Source of the DNA: an uncultured Candidatus Saccharibacteria bacterium
GTDB lineage: Bacteria > Patescibacteriota > Saccharimonadia > CAZBQI01
DNA length: 64,000 bases
Direction: 5' to 3'
NCBI GenBank assembly: GCA_964494105.1
Contig: CAZBQI010000005.1
Span: forward strand, 10,646 to 74,645
How positions within the stretch are numbered: the first letter of the stretch is position 1; each line of letters begins with the position of its first letter. Shown in pieces: positions 57,587 through 64,000 of the stretch. The position numbers and the translations under genes were made by a program. The notes under the pieces are model-generated. The model made no database searches. It saw nothing but the letters and a program-made list of their open reading frames with translations, and was not told the DNA's origin.

Positions 57587-58249
57587 TTGATAACAATTGC
57601 CGAAGCCATTGCTGATGACATAGAGCACTCGCCGTATCTGCAGGACGCGCTTTCGCGCCAACTAATAAACTTATCCGCGCTGGCCAGGGAAATGCGTCCT
57701 GGGATAGAGCAGAACCTGCTAAAGCCGGTATCGGAAACGGCAGTGTTTATGGCACTTAAGCGCTACAGTCAAAAGCTACAAGATCACCCCAAGAACAAGC
57801 AGTCGGTTAGTGAGTTTTTTGGTGATATTACAGTTAAATCTGACTTGTTTGAGCTGGTGATGGCAAATTCAAATACACTCCTGCCAAAAATTCAGGAAAT
57901 TACCAAGAAACTACTTGATTCTGACAGTGCCTACCTAACGCACACCTCAGGAAATCGCCACACAGCATTAATTGCCAACAATGCTTCAAGTAGTATGGTT
58001 AAAACGGCATTGGCAGGCGAGAAGATTACCGATGAGTTTAACAATCTGAGTGCCATAACCATCCATTTTGTTGGTAAATACATGGAAACTGCCGGACTAT
58101 ACGAATACCCGATTAAGCAGCTGGCTTGGGAGGGCGTAAGCATCGTAGAGGTAGTCTCGGCGTATAGCGAACTGACCTTAATTATTGAAAGTCGGGATGT
58201 TGATCGTGCATTTAGTATTCTGCACAAGGCGCTTGATCGACATGAATAA
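57587..58249 (+). CDS. Hypothetical protein with a C-terminal ACT-like (aspartokinase regulatory-domain-like) fold
   Basis: C-terminal ITIHFVGKYMETAGLYEY...SELTLIIESRDVDRAFSILHKAL resembles the ACT beta-alpha-beta-beta-alpha-beta pattern of LysC beta-subunits. Its stop overlaps the der start (ATGAATAA). Confidence 0.4.
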   Translation: MITIAEAIADDIEHSPYLQDALSRQLINLSALAREMRPGIEQNLLKPVSETAVFMALKRYSQKLQDHPKNKQSVSEFFGDITVKSDLFELVMANSNTLLPKIQEITKKLLDSDSAYLTHTSGNRHTALIANNASSSMVKTALAGEKITDEFNNLSAITIHFVGKYMETAGLYEYPIKQLAWEGVSIVEVVSAYSELTLIIESRDVDRAFSILHKALDRHE

Positions 58250-59558
58250 GCAACCCATTGTAGCCATAATAGGCCGACCTAACGTCGGCAAAAGCAGTCT
58301 TTTCAATCGGCTGGTTGGCCAACGCCAGGCAATCGTATCGAACGTGGCTGGAACCACGCGTGATGCAGTGCGAAATATTGTGAACTACAAAGATACCAGC
58401 TTCTGGCTGGTAGACACGGCTGGGTTACAGAAAGCGACCGATCAAATAGTAGGGGACAGTGTCGCTCTAGCGGATGAAGCCATTGCCTCGGCTGACTTAA
58501 TATTAATGGTGATTGATGCTTCAAGCACCGTAGCCGAAGAAGACCGTCGCATCGCTAAGCGAGCCCTTAAATCCAGAAAACCGCTGATATTGGTTGTAAA
58601 TAAAATCGATGCCAATAAACGCAAAATGCCCCAAGAAGTAAAAAAGCTTGGTATAAAAACCACTATTGGAACGTCAGCAATTCATGGAGACGGCGCAGGG
58701 GAGTTGATAGAAGAAATAGCCGACCGCTTGCCTAAGCGCAAACCAGCCGAAGCCACGTCCCCTCATTGTATAGCACTGTTAGGTCGGCCTAACGTCGGTA
58801 AAAGCAGTATATTTAACGAATTTATTGATAAAAACAAAGCCGTAGTATCAGAGGTGGCTGGCACTACCCGCGACGTCAACGTCGCTATTAAACGTGTAAA
58901 CGGCGTAGACATTGAAATATCTGACACTGCTGGCGTGCGAAAACCGGGCAAGCGCAAAGATATCGAGCATTTTAGCTGGCTTCGCACCGTATATGCTATA
59001 AACAGCTGTGACGTGGCGATACTAGTGATCGATGCCACCGAGCCAAGCGTAGCCGTAGACCAAAAAGTTGCCGGGCTGGTTAAAGAAGCCGGCAAAGGAC
59101 TTATTATTGCCATCAATAAGTGGGACTTAGTAAAAAGCGAAGAGGGCATGCAGGCTTGGCTTGAACAGATTTTACAACGAGATTATCCCTTTGTGTGGTG
59201 GGCGCCACTTGTACTAACTAGCGCTCAATCGGGCCACAATATGACTAAGCTTATACAATTAGCTAACGAAATTATTGAGCGCCGTAGCCAACGAATTGCT
59301 ACCAAGGAGCTGAATAAAATCATTCAAACTGCTATGGCCAAACACCCTCCTAGCGGGTTAAAAAACCGCCATCCTAAGCTAAACTACGTTACTCAAACAG
59401 ATGTAAATCCGCCAGAGTTCACTCTCTTTGGTGCACATATTGAGTTTTTGCACTGGAGTTATAAACGCTACTTAGAAAGCCAGTTGCGAGAAGCCCGCAA
59501 CTTTAGTGGCACTGCCATCCGGCTTGTGTTTAAATCAAAATACAAGGAAAAAGCATGA
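58242..59558 (+). CDS. der: Ribosome-associated GTPase Der/EngA (tandem GTPase domains + KH-like). ATG at 58242; the TTG 58185 extension is spurious.
   Basis: Two G1 motifs, IVAIIGRPNVGKSSLFN and IALLGRPNVGKSSIFN, each with DTAG and NKxD. Confidence 0.9.
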   Translation: MNKQPIVAIIGRPNVGKSSLFNRLVGQRQAIVSNVAGTTRDAVRNIVNYKDTSFWLVDTAGLQKATDQIVGDSVALADEAIASADLILMVIDASSTVAEEDRRIAKRALKSRKPLILVVNKIDANKRKMPQEVKKLGIKTTIGTSAIHGDGAGELIEEIADRLPKRKPAEATSPHCIALLGRPNVGKSSIFNEFIDKNKAVVSEVAGTTRDVNVAIKRVNGVDIEISDTAGVRKPGKRKDIEHFSWLRTVYAINSCDVAILVIDATEPSVAVDQKVAGLVKEAGKGLIIAINKWDLVKSEEGMQAWLEQILQRDYPFVWWAPLVLTSAQSGHNMTKLIQLANEIIERRSQRIATKELNKIIQTAMAKHPPSGLKNRHPKLNYVTQTDVNPPEFTLFGAHIEFLHWSYKRYLESQLREARNFSGTAIRLVFKSKYKEKA

Positions 59559-60133
59559 AATTAATAGTCGGCCTCGGCAATCCAAAAGATAAATATACCA
59601 AGAACCGACATAACCTCGGCTTTATGGCGCTTGACTACTTTGTTGAGCAAAACGAACTTGAAGCGTTCAAACAAGATGATAAATTTCATGCGGACGTTAG
59701 CGAATGCAACATTAATAGCACTAAAGTAATACTCGCAAAACCAAGAACATTTATGAATGCCAGTGGCGAGTCCGTAAGACTGTTAACTAAATTTTACAAG
59801 ATAAAAGCGGCTGATGTACTGGTCATCTACGACGAGTTAGCACTAGATTTTGGTTTAGTGCGAACCCGCGAAGAGGGCAGTAGTGCCGGACATAACGGGG
59901 TAGAATCGATCATCAAAATATTGGGTAAATCATTTAGTCGGGTGCGCGTGGGCATATCTAACGAACACGCCAAAAAGACAGAAGCTAGCGTTTTTGTACT
60001 GGCTGATTTCAGTAAAGACGAAGAAAGCCAGCTTCCAAAAATACTTGATTATGTTAACCAACTAGTACATGAGTTTATTTATAACGATAAGCTAGACGAA
60101 CACACTCACAATACCCTAGAAAATCTACTTTAA
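59555..60133 (+). CDS. pth: Peptidyl-tRNA hydrolase
   Basis: MKLIVGLGNPKDKYTKNRHNLGF and catalytic His/Asp context; ATGA overlap with der. Confidence 0.9.
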   Translation: MKLIVGLGNPKDKYTKNRHNLGFMALDYFVEQNELEAFKQDDKFHADVSECNINSTKVILAKPRTFMNASGESVRLLTKFYKIKAADVLVIYDELALDFGLVRTREEGSSAGHNGVESIIKILGKSFSRVRVGISNEHAKKTEASVFVLADFSKDEESQLPKILDYVNQLVHEFIYNDKLDEHTHNTLENLL

Positions 60134-60139
60134 ATAAAA

Positions 60140-60345
60140 GAGACCTCAAGTGGGTGGGGTAGTCTTGAGGCCTCATTACACCCTTCAACGCCCACTTGAC
60201 ACGCTACCGGTGAGACATTAAATGCACTCGATTGGCAGCTTCACCCACAAGGGGCGAATAGTCCCCACCAAAGGGAACGAAGAAGGGTTGAAGGGGTTAA
60301 ATCACCCCCTGGGGAGGAGGACACCAACACACAAGGGGTAATTTA
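60140..60345 (+). ncRNA. Candidate structured non-coding RNA or RNA element of unknown class (GC-rich, nested long-range complementarity)
   Basis: Local GC around 55% in an AT-rich spacer. Pairings: CCTCAAG/CTTGAGG (60147/60164), GGTGGGG/CCCCACC (60153/60262), CCCTTCAAC/GTTGAAGGG (60181/60287), GCCCACTTG/CAAGGGGC, GGGG-ttaaatca-CCCC. No ORF. Strand is uncertain. Confidence 0.35.
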
Positions 60346-60459
60346 ACAATATTTCTACTTATGTTTAAATGGTACCTAAGAGAGCCTCACACGCAACTCT
60401 TATGTCTATATATAAACACTTATGTATATAAATGTCAATACTTTATATAATACTTATTT
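60346..60459 (+). promoter_or_regulatory. AT-rich array of four (A/T)CTTATKT repeats with TATATA boxes upstream of dprA
   Basis: ACTTATGT at 60357, TCTTATGT at 60398, ACTTATGT at 60418, ACTTATTT at 60452; spacing about 41, 20 and 34 bp; interleaved tatatataa and tatataat. Confidence 0.35.
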
Positions 60460-61314
60460 ATGAAAATCAATAGCATAGAATCCAAATCAAACGAATACCC
60501 AGTTTTGCTAGATGAAATAGCGCATCCGCCAAAGACAATACATACCCTAGGTAGCTTGCCACTTGAAAAACCTTATGTAGCAATTGTGGGCAGTCGCCGG
60601 GTATCGCCCTATGGTAGGGAAGTCACCAAAACTCTAGCTTATGATTTAGCAGCCTGCGGAGTTGTGATCGTGAGCGGTTTGGCATTGGGTGTAGATGCTA
60701 TAGCGCACCAATCGGCTATAGATGCCGGCGGAAACACAATTGGGGTCTTAGCCTGCGGGCTTAACCAAATTTATCCTATTACAAATCGTTATTTAGCCAT
60801 GAAGATTCTTGAAACAGGAGGTGGGTTGATAAGTGAATACGAAGAGGGCACCCCACCCTTAAAACACCATTTCCCGGCTCGCAACCGAATAATTACCGGA
60901 CTCAGTATGGCTGTAATTGTTACCGAAGCTGCCGCCCACAGTGGAGCATTAATAAGCGCGAACTTTGCACTCGAGCAGAACCGACTTGTAATGGCGGTAC
61001 CTGGCAATATTACCTCCAGGTTAAGCGAGGGTAGCAATAACCTTATAAAAAGCGGGGCAATCGCCGTTACTAGCGCTAGTGATGTTTTGGCCGCACTTGA
61101 TATGGAAGTACCGGAACTCAAGGCTAAAATTGCGAAGCCGGCCAGCGCTGAAGAAGCGGTAATATTAAACCTGCTAGCAAACGAAATTACGGATAGCGAG
61201 GAGCTTCTTGCCAAAAGCGGATGGGAGATCGCTAAGTTCAACCAGGTGCTTACCTTGATGGAAATCAGTGGCAAAGTCAGAAACTTAGGCGGAGGCAAGT
61301 GGCTTAGTAAATAG
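60460..61314 (+). CDS. dprA: DNA-processing protein DprA (Smf)
   Basis: Rossmann-like core VAIVGSRRVSPYGREVTKTLAYDLAACGVVIVSGLALGVDAIAHQ and GAL..ANFALEQNRLVMAVPG. Confidence 0.9.
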   Translation: MKINSIESKSNEYPVLLDEIAHPPKTIHTLGSLPLEKPYVAIVGSRRVSPYGREVTKTLAYDLAACGVVIVSGLALGVDAIAHQSAIDAGGNTIGVLACGLNQIYPITNRYLAMKILETGGGLISEYEEGTPPLKHHFPARNRIITGLSMAVIVTEAAAHSGALISANFALEQNRLVMAVPGNITSRLSEGSNNLIKSGAIAVTSASDVLAALDMEVPELKAKIAKPASAEEAVILNLLANEITDSEELLAKSGWEIAKFNQVLTLMEISGKVRNLGGGKWLSK

Positions 61315-61366
61315 AACCACAAGCATAATGTTTGCATTCGCATCATTAATGCGCTAAACATGATGC

Positions 61367-63658
61367 ATGGCGAAAAATCTTGTTATCGTAGAAAGTCCGG
61401 CCAAAGCTAAAACCATTGAAAAAATTCTGGGTCAAGACTTTTCTGTAAAATCTAGTTATGGTCACATCCGCGATTTACCGAAAAAAGGCATGTCAATTGA
61501 TATCGAACAGAACTTTGAGCCATCCTATGAGGTGGCCCCGGATAAATTGAAAACAGTAAGCGAACTCAAGCGAGCTGCTAAAGGCGCCACGGTGTGGTTA
61601 GCTACCGATGAAGACCGCGAGGGGGAAGCCATTGCCTGGCACCTTTGTCAGGCTCTTGGGATCGACTCGAAAACAACCAAGCGGATAGTTTTTCATGAAA
61701 TTACAAAGCCAGCCATTGAAGCTGCCGTCAAAAAACCACGATTTGTTGATCAAAAACTTGTCGATGCACAACAAGCCCGCCGAGTACTGGATCGACTGGT
61801 TGGTTACGAACTTTCACCGGTCCTGTGGAAAAAAGTCCAGCGCGGACTGTCTGCCGGACGCGTGCAATCAGTCGCCGTACGCCTGATAGTCGAACGTGAG
61901 CGTGAAATTGAAAAATTCGAAGCAAAGTCATCTTATAAATTGATTGGCACATTTGCAACCAAAGAAGGCATGTTAAGTGCTGAGCTCGAGGAAAAATTAA
62001 CTACTTATGAAGTGGCTAAAAGTTTCCTTAAGGATGCTATAGACGCTGAATTTAGCGTGGCCTCAGTCGAGAGCAAACCGGGAAAGAAAACCGCACCGCC
62101 ACCATTTACAACCAGCACACTGCAACAAACTGCTAGCTCAAGACTCGGCTTTTCAGTTAAGCAAACAATGGTAGTAGCCCAAAAGCTTTACGAAGAGGGC
62201 AAAATCACCTATATGCGCACCGATTCGCTCAATTTAGCTGAAAGCGCAATCGCTCAAGCCGCTCAGGTAATAAGGGTAACCTATGGCGATAATTTCGTTG
62301 ACTCAACCCGCTATAAAACAAAGTCTGCTGGCGCTCAAGAAGCCCATGAGGCCATACGACCCACCAATTTTGCGCTCAAAGAGGCGGGTAATGACTCAGG
62401 GCAACAGAGGCTCTACCAACTTATTTACGCGCGTGCCTTAGCCAGCCAAATGACTCCTGCGACTACCAAACGAACAAGTGCTAAAATCGCTAGCAATCGT
62501 CATAAACAGCTATTTAAAGCCAGTGGTGAGGTAATTGAGTTCGAAGGCTGGCTAAAGCTATATCCAAACCCCGAGAAAGCCACCGATAATATTTTGCCAC
62601 CTCTCGAACAAGGTCAGAATCTTAAACTCAATAAACTCAGTGCAACCCAAGTATTCAGCAAACCTAAGCCCCGATATTCCGAGGCTAGCCTAGTAAAAAA
62701 ACTCGAGGAACTTGGTATTGGGCGACCTAGCACCTATGCGCCAACAATCTCAACCATTCAAGACAGGGGCTACGTAGAGCGAGGTACTAACGAGGGCATA
62801 GAGCGTGAAGTAAAAGTGGCGACATTGGCCGAAGGCAAAATAACCGAAAATGTAGAGGTTGAAAAGACTGGAGCCAACACAAGTCGACTTGTTTCCACTG
62901 ATGTAGGCTCAGTTGTAACTGACTTCTTGGTTAAGCACTTTAGTAAGATAGTTGATTACGACTTTACCGCCAAAGTTGAAGATGAATTTGATAACATTGC
63001 TGATGGCAAAACTATCTGGAATACGGTGATAGCGGAATTCTACAAAGATTTTCATAAAATCGTAGAACAAACTGAAAACATATCTCGACACGAAGCTATC
63101 CAAGCAAAAGTACTTGGCAAGGATCCGAAATCCGGAAAGCCGGTTATCGCCCGACTTGGCCGATATGGGCCGATGCTACAAATAGGCGAAGCCGAAGACG
63201 AAGACAAACCACGATTTGCCAGTATGCCAGTAGGTAAGAAAATGGACGAAATCACCCTAGAGGAAGCTCTGGTGATGTTTGAATTACCAAGAGCAGTTGG
63301 TAAAACTCAAGAAGGCGAAGAAATTACAGCTAACATCGGTCGCTTTGGTCCTTATGTCAAATTTGGTAGCACATTTGTCTCAATTAAAGGCGAAGACCCC
63401 CATGCGATATCGGAATCAAAAGCCCGGGAATATATTGCCGAAAAGAAGAAACAAGAAGCAGAAAAGAACATACAGGTTTTTGAAAAAGAGGGGATAAAGG
63501 TATTGAATGGCAGATACGGACCATACATAACCAACGGCACAATTAATGCCCGAATACCCAAAGACAAAGCACCCGAAAAACTAAGCCTTGCAGATTGCCA
63601 AGAACTCCTGGCAAAGGCTAAAACCCGCCCTAAACGACGACGATTAAGCAGAAAATAA
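61367..63658 (+). CDS. topA: DNA topoisomerase I
   Basis: Toprim N-terminus LVIVESPAKAKTIEKILG with DxD (ATDEDREGE); catalytic Tyr region GKITYMRTDS; C-terminal Lys-rich repeats. Confidence 0.95.
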   Translation: MAKNLVIVESPAKAKTIEKILGQDFSVKSSYGHIRDLPKKGMSIDIEQNFEPSYEVAPDKLKTVSELKRAAKGATVWLATDEDREGEAIAWHLCQALGIDSKTTKRIVFHEITKPAIEAAVKKPRFVDQKLVDAQQARRVLDRLVGYELSPVLWKKVQRGLSAGRVQSVAVRLIVEREREIEKFEAKSSYKLIGTFATKEGMLSAELEEKLTTYEVAKSFLKDAIDAEFSVASVESKPGKKTAPPPFTTSTLQQTASSRLGFSVKQTMVVAQKLYEEGKITYMRTDSLNLAESAIAQAAQVIRVTYGDNFVDSTRYKTKSAGAQEAHEAIRPTNFALKEAGNDSGQQRLYQLIYARALASQMTPATTKRTSAKIASNRHKQLFKASGEVIEFEGWLKLYPNPEKATDNILPPLEQGQNLKLNKLSATQVFSKPKPRYSEASLVKKLEELGIGRPSTYAPTISTIQDRGYVERGTNEGIEREVKVATLAEGKITENVEVEKTGANTSRLVSTDVGSVVTDFLVKHFSKIVDYDFTAKVEDEFDNIADGKTIWNTVIAEFYKDFHKIVEQTENISRHEAIQAKVLGKDPKSGKPVIARLGRYGPMLQIGEAEDEDKPRFASMPVGKKMDEITLEEALVMFELPRAVGKTQEGEEITANIGRFGPYVKFGSTFVSIKGEDPHAISESKAREYIAEKKKQEAEKNIQVFEKEGIKVLNGRYGPYITNGTINARIPKDKAPEKLSLADCQELLAKAKTRPKRRRLSRK

Positions 63659-63711
63659 CGCTTATGTCATACTGTAATCTGTAAATGTTGTAAATATTGT
63701 AGTAAAATAGT

Positions 63712-63740
63712 TTGACACAGCATATTTGATGTTATATAAT
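63712..63740 (+). promoter_or_regulatory. Consensus sigma-70 promoter: TTGACA, 17 nt, TATAAT, with upstream TGTAAAT direct repeats
   Basis: tttgaca cagcatatttgatgtta tataat, 38 nt upstream of the ATG at 63779; preceded by ctgtaaatgttgtaaatattgtagtaaaa. Confidence 0.6.
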
Positions 63741-63778
63741 CTTTATTAACATAACAACTAATTTAGGTAATCATATTG

Positions 63779-64000
63779 ATGGAAACCACCACAACAACCC
63801 AGTTAGATGTCCAAAAAGTAGTAACGGATGTGTTAAATACCATTGAAAAAGAGCGCGAGCGTGAAATAATTTCACGACGCTTTGGTTTAAGTGAGCGAAA
63901 AGAAACACTCGAGGAAATCGGGAACTTACTTGGGATAACCCGTGAGCGAGTACGTCAAATAGAAAAGCAAGTTGTAACCCGACTAAGTCAAATACAGTAC
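63779..64000 (+). CDS. Protein beginning with a sigma-70 region-4-like HTH; 3'-partial, runs off the window
   Basis: ISRRFGLSERKETLEEIGNLLGITRERVRQIEKQ is a classic region-4.2 HTH. There is no stop within the window. Confidence 0.5.
   Translation, partial: METTTTTQLDVQKVVTDVLNTIEKEREREIISRRFGLSERKETLEEIGNLLGITRERVRQIEKQVVTRLSQIQY

Noticed and set aside
58185-58241. TTG-start extension of der (MKVGMLIVHLVFCTRRLID)
   Set aside because: It lies entirely within the upstream gene in another frame. The conserved G1 motif begins 8 residues after the ATG at 58242, which overlaps the upstream stop (ATGAATAA).
60140-60345. Identification of the structured pth-dprA element as tmRNA, RNase P RNA, SRP RNA or a common riboswitch
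   Set aside because: Neither strand shows a tRNA-like acceptor/T-arm with CCA or a tag-peptide ORF ending ALAA. P4/CR-I/CR-V RNase P motifs are absent. Only a loose resemblance to SRP domain IV (GGAACGAAGAAGG) is present. The class is left open rather than forced.
1-64000. Alternative genetic code (UGA recoding, as in some CPR lineages)
   Set aside because: TGA terminates several conserved genes at their expected C-termini (zwf at 21611, der at 59556, first histidine kinase at 52569). TAA and TAG are also used, and there are no in-frame TGA codons inside conserved domains.
1-64000. CRISPR arrays, IS elements, transposases, integrases, prophage genes
   Set aside because: No regularly spaced short repeats were seen in any spacer. 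No DDE or tyrosine/serine recombinase motifs occur in any ORF. The only mobile-element-like signal is the tRNA-Leu 3'-end duplication.

Overview
This window reads as one contiguous chromosomal segment of a small, moderately AT-rich bacterial genome using the standard genetic code (TGA, TAA and TAG all terminate conserved genes). Most genes are housekeeping: the DnaB C-terminus, YbaB-RecR, CysS, MetK, GluRS, Der, Pth, DprA-TopA, MreB, a CCA-adding enzyme, the oxidative pentose-phosphate trio pgl-gnd-zwf, RsuA and aspartokinase. Interleaved with these are cell-envelope glycosylation genes: a GtrA-GT39-GT2-GT39 module, an adjacent GT4 pair, an LCP protein, and an O-antigen-ligase/GT4/GT26 block. 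There are three tRNA genes (Gln-TTG, Leu-CAA, Glu-CTC) and two tandem histidine-kinase/receiver-only pairs separated by tRNA-Glu. I found no transposase, integrase, CRISPR array or rRNA. The main things the ORF track does not explain are: (i) a clear SAM-I riboswitch with a terminator abutting the metK start, hidden under a spurious TTG-start extension; (ii) a GC-rich, highly self-complementary element of about 200 nt, followed by an AT-rich CTTATGT repeat array, in the pth-dprA gap; (iii) an 18-24 nt direct duplication of the tRNA-Leu 3' end 144 bp downstream, with an accessory-like cluster next to it (HExxH protein, a sortase with a roughly 200-aa Pro/Gln-rich N-terminal arm, a PEGA/beta-propeller protein); (iv) several near-consensus sigma-70 promoters, one of them leaderless. 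I could not identify a known named defence system. The likeliest candidates for something undescribed are the structured pth-dprA element and the tRNA-Leu-adjacent cluster.
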